Source of the DNA: Amoebidium appalachense
Taxonomy: Eukaryota > Protista > Ichthyosporea
NCBI GenBank assembly: GCA_963693365.1
Contig: CAVNZM010000002.1
Location: forward strand, 4,666,259 to 4,730,258
Length of the DNA stretch: 64,000 bases
Reading direction: 5' to 3'
Within the stretch, counting starts at the first letter, position 1. Each line of letters starts with the position of its first letter. The notes beneath the pieces were generated by a model that did no database searches, was not told the DNA's origin, and was given only the letters and a program-made list of their open reading frames with translations. Below, one piece after another: positions 53,259-64,000 of the stretch. The position numbers and the translations under genes were made by a program.

Positions 53259-53726
53259 ACACACACATACGCCGCCCCAGCCCACCTCATGCACACTCTT
53301 TCTGTGTGTTTCCAAAATCTGCGTGTTGTCCATCGTAAATGTGTCCTTTGTCTACTCCGTACTCTCTATTGCATCACTCCCCCCCCCTCAATGCCCCCGG
53401 GCAGCCACCTCCCCCCCCCCCCCCCCCCCCCCCCCCCCCTGTCTACCTTGTGTTGTTTTCTTTCGCCTTCTCTGCACACATATACTGTTGTTTAAAAGAA
53501 AAATAGTTCTGCTGGTTTTTGTTTTTTTTTCGATGTTTTGTGTTTTGTCCTTGAAGCCTCCTCCGCCCCGTTATGTCCAAACCTCTGTGCATGTATTGCC
53601 CCCTCTCCTGCTCCCTCACATTACACGCAAACATGTACACACACACGGGGCAGTGAAGCACCCAACAAGCACAATCTGAGTACATGTATGTGCAGTGCAA
53701 GATCCAGACAGAACAGGCAAACATGT

Positions 53727-53761
<35 letters not shown>

Positions 53762-54588
53762 CGCCCGCCCCCCGGCAGCACCTGCACATACATGTACACA
53801 CACCTTCGGTCTCTCGGTCTCTCTCTGTGTGTTTGTGTGTGTCTGTGTGTATGTATGTGTTAACGTTGAGTCCTCAATGATCAAGTGCGAGGTGTCCAAT
53901 TAGAGTCCGTTGGGGGAGGGGGGGAGGGGGAGGGGCCTGTGTGCCTGTGTGCCTGTGTGTGTGTATGTGTGTGAGCGTGCGTGTGTTGGGGACCCATAGT
54001 AGTAAACTGTTAGGACCTCGCCACGGTAGCGGTGAGAGCTCGCCAAACATGGCGATTGGCAATGGCAAATGGCCAACCTACGGGGCCAAATCTGAGGCAC
54101 ACGAAAGCACTCGCGAACTTAATAACTCATTAAGCCTTTTTTGCCGTGTATACTTATTGTGATACGCCGCTTCACCTGGCTCGTCTGTTCTTATGGTTTG
54201 CATGTTGCCTGCTTACAAATGCAACATACCATTTTGGACATGGGCAACATTTTTTTGTAGTTCGGATTGCCTATGACGGTAAAATTCAATGGCTTTGCAA
54301 TTGCTTCGCTCCAGTTGGAATGATGACGTAATGAAGGGCTGGACAAAAGCGTGGTCCTCCGAGGACAAAGGGCTACCCATATACCAAATGACGCTTTTTG
54401 TGACCAAAGTTAAAAATATGAATAGAAAACAGGTTTTGGTCAACTAATTAATATTTTTTTACATAACGCGACACACATTTATTGTATAAACAACATAGGG
54501 TGTCCGCCACTTATTTTATGATGAAAACTAGAAAAAATCTATGATTTTGTGATTTTGACGATCGACCAGGGCCCTGACGGTCGAAGGC

Positions 54589-55992
54589 TTTTCTGTTTGG
54601 CAACGCGGGTTAGTGTAATCTGGATTTCGGGGGATATCTGGATATCAAAATCGAGATCCAGATTATGCTGCAGAATCCGGATCTCAGCCGAAACCTGGGT
54701 TAAGCCGGGTAGATAACCCATGGATGCCAAACAGCCCACGTACGATTTCGGGTTAGATTTGCTCTGCTGTTCATGGAAACGACCGGCCATTCCATTCCAT
54801 TGAGCCTTTTTAAGGCTCTTGCCTCCCGAATCAAGTTTCCTGAGTGAGAGGCTAAGAAAATCGTCTACAACGAACTTGCTTTCTTCTCCCGTAAATCTCA
54901 TACGTGTCTTTTCAACCGCCTCAGTCGACGGTTTGGCTGACTGTGGGGGACTGTCACTCTGTGATTCGATGTTGAGGTTTGCAGGCATCTTGTCGGTTCA
55001 AACAAGATTATCTACAAGTGTACTGTGCTACTGGAAGACTCGGGCTGGACGGCCGCAGAGGGTAGGAAAAGAATGAGAAGTGAGGTGCGTGTCTGTTTTT
55101 ATAACGTTCCCCACGTGCAAGTCCGTGCGTTGGTGCAGGTGTCGCAGTTCAAGGCACAGCTGTCGCAGCCCACTCAGTATCCACATGCTGCCAGCAACGG
55201 AAGTTTGGTTTGGCGCCCTTTCAACAATCCTTTTTTGGCCACTTCAAACTATCGACGATTGGTGCAAAAGGACACCATATATAGTTCCATAAAATGAACA
55301 TTCATTGGGTCGGACATTCAGGACCTGAAAGGATTTCGCGCTAATCCACCTCCCGAGGTGGATTAGTGGAATCCAGATTACGGCCATGTCCGAGGGGTTT
55401 GAAACCCAGATTTACGTGACCGGATCTGGCCGTCTGTTTGGCAGCGGCTGGATTTTGAGATTTGGATTTAGCGCTAAACCCAAAATCGCCCGTAATCCGG
55501 ATTTAGGACCCTAAACCCGGGTTACGATATTCCGAGAGTCGGGGTGTGATCTGATTGGATGACGACACGACCTTTAACTTCAGTTAGTCTTGCCGTGATT
55601 GGCCTAGAGCGCACTCACCGAAATAACCAGGCTATGGACATTTCTATTGGGTTAGAGGAATCGAATAACCGGGTTAATGGGTGAGTGCGCTGCTAGCCAA
55701 TCAAAGCGATCACTAGGAAAATGAGCCTGAAATATGAATGTAATGATATATGAATCAAATAACCGAGTTAAAGTTTGCATAATGTATCAATAAAGTGAAT
55801 GCTAAATCTTTATGGGTCATATCGTAACCGGATCATGTCGGCTCGTGTCCTCGCTCGACCTCGTTATTTCGGCTCGCCTTGACGATTATTTTGGCTCGCC
55901 TATCGGCTCGCCAAAATAACCGACGGCTCGCCGAAATAACTTCGGTCTCGCTCGGCCACTCGCCCCATGACTCCTGATTGCCAAACAGGCCC
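54589..55992. mobile_element. Non-autonomous PIF/Harbinger-type element with Myb/SANT ORF fragment
   Basis: Right end TTGCCAAACAGGCCC followed by TTA (55978-55995), a typical PIF/Tourist-like TIR. The left counterpart CTGTTTGGCAA (54593-54603) has degraded terminal bases. Subterminal GGCTCGCC and AAATAAC repeats occur at 55620-55965. Confidence 0.7.
54740..54988 (-). pseudogene. Truncated Myb/SANT-like DNA-binding protein (Harbinger accessory ORF)
   Basis: RMRFTGEESKFVVDDFL...GKSLKKAQWNGMAGRFHEQ resembles the Myb/SANT domain of Harbinger ORF2. Similarity ends where the subterminal repeats begin. Confidence 0.6.
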
Positions 55993-57538
55993 TTAGCCGG
56001 ACGGGTTTTTGCCGATTTTGACGGTGAGGGAAGCGTCGGACATCACAGGCACCCTAAATCATTATTACGCGTTTTTTCATTTCCGACAACTTTTATTAAT
56101 GAACCAAAACCTGTTTTCTAGGTAAAAACGAGTGAAACATGCACATCAGAGCCTGTTGATTTGTACCACGGCTCCGATGGAGTGAGGGCAGCCCTTACTA
56201 AGTACTATTCCTTTCGGAATGTGAGGCCAATCAGATGATCCGAATTTTTTCAGGTAATCCTATATAAGGTTACGCAGGCGAATTCCTATGGGAATTCCGA
56301 ACTATAATAATACAAGTGTATTGGCCGGGCCAGCTATCATAATCATTGTGATTGGTTTATAGAAATAGATACATTGGTACATGACTTTACACCGTCTGAA
56401 GGTCAACATTAAATCTTAGTACTTTTGGTTAACCATTAAAATGAAGACTCCAAGAATTTAATCGGGTTAAATATAGCCGTTGCCAGCAACAGTGCGCTTT
56501 ATGGTTATTATGGTAACCAATCATGTTGTTTCTCCTCATCAAAGCCGGAACATGTTCGGATATGGTAAACGGAAACCAACCTTGGGCCTCCTACATAGTA
56601 CTAGCAAGTAGTGTGATACAGCCCCGCAAGGCGGGGCAGACGTGGCACTCGAAGCCTTTGAATGGAAAACATAGAAATACGGTACATGACAATAAAAAAG
56701 TAGGAATACAGCTACAGTAGAGCAACCCTGAAAAAAATACATTTCATAAACCCCCATTTCGTGTTCGTTCGACCCAACGCGCGCTTACGTCACCATGTCT
56801 ACACATAATTCAGGGTTCGTAACTTATTTACTTTGTGTTAGATTATAACTTATGAATTGTCTCTTTATTATAAGGGCCGAAAAGGTTCGAGAAGGGTAAC
56901 AAATACGTTCATACAAAGACTGAAGTAGTGGGGCAAAAAGCTTTCAACAACATGTTATGCTTCTACTGTACTAATAATCAACATTTCACACCCTGATCCT
57001 ACACAACTCAAGTGAAAAACTTGGCGGTGGAACTCGGTATCGTTATACAACCTGTAGGAAGCTTGACGGAAACACGGCACACACCGTGAGTCTGGCGCGT
57101 GTCTCTACTGATCTCTCGCTCTCATGTTGTGGTGATATTACGACACAAAGTGGACACTTTTAAAGATAGGAGAGCATATATTCATTATAATAGATGATGA
57201 AATTTTAACGTCTTTTTTTTTGGTGGCACCTTTGTGGTTTCACCAAGTGAAAGCCGTCACAGCAGGGTGAACATGCCCACGGATCTTTGGTGCCTATTTC
57301 GGTTGGCTCAAGTCCCTCAACCATTAACACGTACATATAAGTACACCTATTAATTTTCTTTCGTTTTTTTACTTGCTAGTTTCTCACATAGTCTACTCTC
57401 GTTATGACAACGACCCTCAAAAACGATCCCACTAATTTCCGACGAGGGGGGGTTACCAAAGACTGCACACGACCCCCCCTAAGCCCTTGTAGAATTAGAA
57501 CGTGTCGTTGCAAATGCCCCTAGGGTTACTGATTCATT

Positions 57539-58730
57539 ATGCAGTTAGTTAAGCTTTATCTTTCGGTGCCGGTGTTCTTCCGTGCACCGGCCATCCTCAT
57601 CAGCTTCTTGCTGCTGTGGGCTATAAATATAGTCGTCTTCAAGTTCTTCGATATCAATTTTGCCCTTGTTCTTGGCATGTCACAAGATGAATCTATGCAC
57701 GAAAGCGAAGTTTTCAAAGCTGTTTTGGCACTCACGATTATGTTATCCACGAGCATGTATGTGGCCATGAACTTTGCCACCTGGCCCTACCTTGCCGATT
57801 TTGCCCCCTTTCTTTTCTATGTAGCCGCTCTATACATGTTCTTCACATCAAGGCAGAGGTTTTTCTGGAAGTCGCGAATGTACCTCCTCTCAGTGTTCAG
57901 GAAAGTTTTCTCGCCATTCATCTCAAATGGCCAACGAATATCTTTTTCGGAGGTGTTTATTACCGATGCCCTTACCTCTCTCTCCAAGGTTCTTGGTGAT
58001 CTTGAGATCATTCTCTGCGTGGTGGCTGGGCATGTTGTGAGCAGGCAGGACCCAGACGTGGCTGCACCTGGCTGTGTGCACTCTTTCCTGCTGCCGCTGG
58101 TCATCAGTGTGCCGTTTGTGCTGCGCTGCAAGCAGTGCTATGTGGAATACCGCGCAACGTAAAGCCCCCTCCCCCCTCCAACCCCTCCCCCCCCCCCCCC
58201 CCACCCACCCACCCACCCACGCACCCACGCACCCACAGACACAAACACACACACCACCACCACCACCACCACACACACACACACACACTCACTCACTCAC
58301 TCACTCACTCACACAAACACACACACACAGCCAAACATCCCCCCTCCCGCCGCCCCCCTCCCCTCCCCTCCCCCTCTTTAACCGTACCCTCAATAGCATA
58401 AGTTTCTCGACACTTGGCATACCTTCTGTGGTTGATGATTGTAAATCGAAGGTGGTATCTTCTTGCTTTTTGAGTTTGTTGCTTGCTTTTCTCCACCTCC
58501 CTTTCACTTGTCCCACTTTCCCAAGAATCGTCTGAAACTCTCACAAAACGTTTTTCAAATCAAGTGGTTCTTTTCCCCCTACCTAATGTTTTCCCTCCAC
58601 TTGCCCCCTCCCCCCCCCCTCCCCCACCCCCTTCCCCCTCCCTCCCGCCCTCCCCCCCCCGCATCCACAGACACAAACACACACACCACCACCACCACCA
58701 CACAGACACACACACACACAAACACACACA

Positions 58731-58780
<50 letters not shown>

Positions 58781-59044
58781 GCCAAACATCCCCCCTCCCG
58801 CCCCCCTCCCCTCCCCCTCTTTAACCGTACCCTCAATAGCATAAGTTTCTCGACACTTGGCATACCTTCTGTGGTTGATGATTGTAAATCGAAGGTGGTA
58901 TCTTCTTGCTTTTTGAGTTTGTTGCTTGCTTTTCTCCACCTCCCTTTCACTTGTCCCACTTTCCCAAGAATCGTCTGAAACTCTCACAAAACGTTTTTCA
59001 AATCAAGTGGTTCTTTTCCCCCTACCTAATGTTTTCCCTCCACT

Positions 59045-59082
<38 letters not shown>

Positions 59083-60238
59083 TTCGTGCCCAAACACGCA
59101 CACATGCACACACACCTGTGCCTTGCGTCTTGTCAAATATCCTGCTTTTTTACACTCTTTGCCCATCGAGACGGCTATCACTTCTTCTTACACCGTCAAC
59201 CCTGTTATGTTGTGCCCAATCAACCCTTTAGGGAGATCTTGGTTCGGTGCAATGCTTGCCCTTGCCATCCCAACCCCTCCCCCCCTCCCTCCCCGGCGCC
59301 TTCTCCCTCCCTCCCCCACCCACCCTCCCTCTTCCCTCTCCACCTCCCCCCCCCCCCCCTACCCGTTCCTCCCTCCCTCCCTCCCCCTCTCTCTCTCCCC
59401 CTCCCTCCGTCCCTCCCTCCCCCTTCCCCCCTCCTTCTCCCTCGCTTCCTCGCTCCCCTTTCCTCCCCCACCCCCTAACCCTCCCTCCCTCCCACCCCCA
59501 CCCCCCACCCCCACCCCCCACTCCCACCTTCCACTAAACAACAATCGTGCTGATTCCTCTTTTCTGCGGATCAAAGGATGGGTAGGGAAACACGTTCGGC
59601 ATGTCCAGGATTCGTGACCCTTTTTTTTGTGTGTGTGTGCGGAGGCATAGGCACCCCCCATGATGCTGACTATGTTCTCTTGCCTGCCCATTTCTTTTGA
59701 TTTCTTGGAGCCACAGCATAGTTTGGTCTAACCCTCTGCTTCTTTTTCCCTCCTCTGCTTCACGCTCTAGTCAATCTATCGAACCCCTGCGTTCCCCCTC
59801 TTCCCCCCCCCCTCTCCCTACGCGCACTAACTAGAGGCTTAGAGCATTCTACCCCCTTCCCCCTTCCCCGCCCTCCCCACTCCCTCCCCTACACACACAT
59901 ACACGTACACACACCACCACCACCAAACTTCTCCACACTTTAGTTCCGAGTTGCCCAAGTATCCTCTTCGATTGAGCCTATCGGCTTCTCCAATGACCCC
60001 CTTTCCCCCCTCCCCCCCCCCAAGCATGCCTGACATTGACCATCTACATGTCTGCTTTTATATCACAACGTATCCTGTGTCCTGCAACGTGTTTCTCATC
60101 GTGCAGTTGTGCATGGCATCCTGTTTTGCATGTTAAACACCCCTCCTTTCAGTAAAGAAGAAGTGCTGTTAGCACATGTTGGTGGTATGTTATGTGTGCT
60201 TGGTTGCTTATCGGTCCTGTGATGACTTAACGTGTAAT

Positions 60239-60285
<47 letters not shown>

Positions 60286-60333
60286 ACAAACCCCAAGCAC
60301 ACGCTCACGCTCACACTCATGCGTCCCCCCCCC

Positions 60334-60380
<47 letters not shown>

Positions 60381-62100
60381 CCCAAGCACATGCTCATGCT
60401 CACACACGCTTACACTCACACTCACACCGACACCCACACTCACACCCACACCCACACCCACACTCACAACCATGGATCCACCTGCAATACATGTACATGT
60501 CTATCCCCCTCTCCCGTGTGGCCTCACCTCCGCATGCACGCGCACACATGAGCACACAACAAGAACACACATGCACACCTGTACACATACACATACTCGC
60601 ACACATGCACACCACACGCACACACACACACACACACACACTCATACACACACCCACACACACACACACCCACACACATACACACTGCGATCCCCCAGCA
60701 AACTGCCCAAGGACATGCTCAACTTCTTCAAATACGCCACCGCCTTTCCCGCAATCTGGACGGGGTTTCTCCTCAAAACCACACCGGGCCCACCCGAGGA
60801 ACTATGGAACCTTTGGGTGCTGTGCACGACAATCAACACCCTCTACTCCTTCGTGTGGGATGTGTTGATGGACTGGGGGTTGATGGAGACGGGGTCGGGC
60901 AAGTTTCCACTGAGGGAGACCACCATGTTCCCCTCGCTGTTCTACTATGTGGCCGTGTGCCTGGATCTGCTGTTGAGGTTCACCTGGGCCATACAGCTAA
61001 GCAGCCTGGTGCACCTGAGCTCAGAGGGGATGACCCTGCTCTTTGAGCTGCTGGAGATTGCTAGAAGGTGTGTGCGTGTGGGGGTGTTTTTTTTTTTTTT
61101 TTTTTTTGGGGGGGGGGGGTATAGAGGAAGTTGGCTGGTGGCTGCACGTGCATGGTTGTAATACAGGAGCCAGGGCACGGGCAGGCACCTCTGCACATAT
61201 CATCAATGTCGTGCACACGTACAGGCACATACACAAAGAGACATGCAACACCTACAGCAACACCGGCACACAGGCCCATACGAATGAATGCACGTGTATC
61301 TGCTAACATCCCTCTGACACTTGCTATATTCTGTGAACACATATTGCCCTGCTGCCTTGCAACCATGTGTGCCATACACCCACTGCTGTGTGCAAAAATC
61401 CTTCTCTGCTATGCAAACTCTCATTGTTGGTGTTGTATGCCTTCATGCATTGTCTGCCGTACCTCACCCTGTCTCCTCTCTGCTTGTGTGCCCTCCTCGA
61501 CTGCCCCCTAGTCATACTGCCCCTTTATTGGCCACACACTCCTTCTGGCTGATTTCCCTCTTTCTAGCACTCCGCAAACCCCAGGACTTGCCAACGTTTC
61601 ATTCACACTTCCTCTTGACCATTGACTCGGCAAACCCTCCCCCCCCCCCCCCCCCTCCATTGATGACTTGGGCCCTCCCTGAGGATGGGCTCTGCTTAGG
61701 ACGCATACTGTGTCCCTTGCTGATGTTGCATACTTGAATGTTTGCCTTTGCTTGTGCACTGCACCATGCTTCTCATCGTGTATATGTACTTAGTACCGTG
61801 TTCCGCATTCAACCCCCCCCCAACCCTCCTCCCCTTCACCCCTGGGTCGGCACACATACGGATACACACACGCACACACATGTATACTCTTTGGGTGTAG
61901 TGTTGTCGGTCATGAATGTGTAATCTTTACTCTATAACACATGCCTCCCCCCCCCCCCCCCCCCCCCCTCCCCCCCTCCCGCTCTGCATTGTGTTGTCCG
62001 TCATCAATATGTACTTCGTACTCTGAGGCCATTGGCCCCTCCAAGTCCTCAAGGCTTCCCGGCCCTCCCCCCCCTCCCCCCCCCCCCCCTCCCCACCCTC

Positions 62101-62173
<73 letters not shown>

Positions 62174-62335
62174 TCTGTCTGTCTGTAAGGGGGGGATGGG
62201 GGCTTGACTTATCAATGCATCCCTCCCCCCTCCCCTCCCCCAGCCTCTCTCCCCCCAGTTGCATTGGTTTTTTCTGATTTTAACTCTAATGCATACATCA
62301 ACCTCCCCTCATCCCTTTCATCTGGCCTAATTTTG

Positions 62336-62374
<39 letters not shown>

Positions 62375-62410
62375 TGCCCACTCCTTGACACACCCCCCCC
62401 CCCCCCCCGC

Positions 62411-62509
<99 letters not shown>

Positions 62510-63148
62510 AAAAGACATTCCGCCCCCTCCCACTGCTCCTCCTCCTCCTCCCTCTTCTTTTTTGAGCTATTCACCGTACATCCACTTACTAGAAACACTC
62601 CCCTCTCGTGCTTAAAGTGGTTATAGCATGCGATTGAATTGTTCTATTGGCTTATGGATCATGCTGTCTCCCATGTGATTGTACTGTACCCCCGTGCTTT
62701 TGCAACATTTGCCCAGGTGCAAACATTCGAAAACTTTTCCAACACGGACTGGGTGTCTTGGCCCTATTCCTCCTCCCCTCCCCCTTTTCTCTTCCAACTC
62801 CAACTGTCCATCTATGTGTCGTTTCTTTTTTTCCTGGGCTCATAGTCGACCTCTTGTGCATGGCCCAAACCCACTGACATACCCCTGTGCACACACACAA
62901 CACACACACACACACACACACGTACACACACACACACACACACACACACGTACACACACACACACACACACACACACAGGGCCATGTGGAACCTGTTCCG
63001 TGTGGAGTACGAGTACGTCAAGACGCACAGCTTGAGTGCCATTCTCAAGCAGCACACGCCACTCAACACCCCCGGTAGCACCCCGATGCTTACCCTCAGC
63101 TCCAAGCCAATCGCCTCGCTGCTTGTAGAGCGCACCCACGCATCATAG
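57539..63148 (+). CDS. EXS-family (ERD1/XPR1/SYG1) membrane protein without SPX domain, 3 exons, ~385 aa
   Basis: Exons 57539-58158, 60699-61067, 62980-63148. Motifs FSEVFITDALTSLSKVLGD, PFVLRCKQC, LNFFKYAT, NTLYSFVWDVLMDWGL, DLLLRFTW, LEIARRAMWNLFRVEYE. An additional upstream exon cannot be excluded. Confidence 0.92.
58230..59050. repeat. Tandem duplication (~440-bp period) in EXS intron 1
   Basis: CAGCCAAACATCCCCC...TTTAACCGTACCCTCAATAGC...CCACTTGCCCC occurs twice (about 58328-58607 and 58779-59050). Confidence 0.92.
61659..61812 (+). repeat. Partial copy of the same repeat family (EXS intron 2)
   Basis: ATTGATGACTTGGGCCCTCCCTGAGGATGGGCTCTGCTTA...TTCCGCATTCAA followed by poly(C). Confidence 0.9.
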
Positions 63149-63345
63149 CAGCCCCACTCTCCCTGTAAGGCTTACTTGCGGCTTTATTTTAGGTTATGTT
63201 TGGTTTACATGCCCCCCCCCCCCCCCCCCCCCCCCCCCAACACACACACACACACACACACACACGGGAGAAAAAAAAAAGGAAATGGAAAAGAAATGAA
63301 GAGTGTATGGGTTTGTGCGTGGGTAGGGGTTTTTTTTTTTTTTTT

Positions 63346-63384
<39 letters not shown>

Positions 63385-63799
63385 ATCAGAGAAGAAGAGT
63401 ATTAGATCTCCACGAACGCACCCATCCCCCTTGGCCCCACGTCATTACCCCTCACCCAACACATTGTCCTTTCTCACACCCGGTCATTTGCACTGTCCAT
63501 TCCCCTTTCCCACACCGTCACAAGGCCCACTCTGCCAGTCAGGCAACCTATCTTCTAGTGCTATTTTAGCAACACCGACTGCTAGCAAACTTATTCTCTA
63601 CAGCTTGAGCCACTTATTGAGTCGCTTCGCGTGAATCCAAGTATCTAAATACTCGGCGAATTTAGAAAACCAATGTCGTTCTCTAAAAGTCTGCTCGATT
63701 CGTGTAGAGCAGTTTAGAAACTGACTTATCTAGATCGTAGATCGCAATTCTATTGTATAAGAGATATTTAAGCAGGTTCCAAGGACCAATCGTCTCATC

Positions 63800-63910
63800 C
63801 CAGACATCTAGAAGACCCCCCCTCCCCCTCTTCCAGATGCGCCCATCTGGAAGAGGGTCGAAATATATCTAGATTTTATGCAAACTTTAAAAATTTAACT
63901 GATCGATCGG
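63800..63910 (+). repeat. Intergenic repeat homologous to the flank of the Kolobok-like element
   Basis: CCAGACATCTAGAAGACCCCCCTCCCCTCTTCCAGATGCGCCCATCTGGAAGA matches 29228-29287 (CCAGACATCTGGAAGACCCCCCCTCCCCCTCTTCCAGATTGCGACATCTGGAAGA). Confidence 0.8.
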
Positions 63911-64000
63911 GTTGCGGAAGTTTTATACGTAAATTTAACAGTCTAGATATTTAGATATTTAGATTCACGCGAAGCGACTCATTATCTCTGCCGGCACCAC

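Larger units (their letters stand above)
54334..56196. mobile_element. Outer MITE-like element with long degenerate inverted arms, interrupted by the Harbinger remnant
   Basis: Colinear inverted blocks: AAGGGCTG (54334-54341)/CAGCCCTT (56189-56196), an 18-bp perfect TAGAAAACAGGTTTTGGT (54423-54440 / 56103-56120), AACGCG and TAGGGTG. TSD not clear. Confidence 0.55.

Overview
Intron-rich eukaryotic (probably unicellular) genomic DNA whose introns are full of (CA)n, poly(C)/poly(G) and (CT)n tracts, so most ORFs in the six-frame track are low-complexity artefacts. Manual splicing gives six host genes with consistent exon phases: ASH2L (minus, runs off the window start), ALG5, a UBE2Z/BIRC6-type E2 enzyme, a prolyl 4-hydroxylase, PPIL4 and an EXS/ERD1-family membrane protein. 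Mobile DNA: (1) a 3,873-bp TTAA-flanked, TIR-bounded Kolobok-like element (29313-33185) carrying an intronless, catalytically intact Exo1/XPG nuclease linked by a 1-nt frameshift to a SWIM zinc-finger region, facing a truncated THAP ORF. This is the most novel-looking system here. (2) A frameshifted non-LTR retrotransposon. (3) A PIF/Harbinger remnant nested in a MITE-like element. (4) A dispersed, mostly intronic ~340-bp repeat family co-oriented with host genes, with a box C/D-like core. All family assignments are motif recognition by eye; no database search was run.
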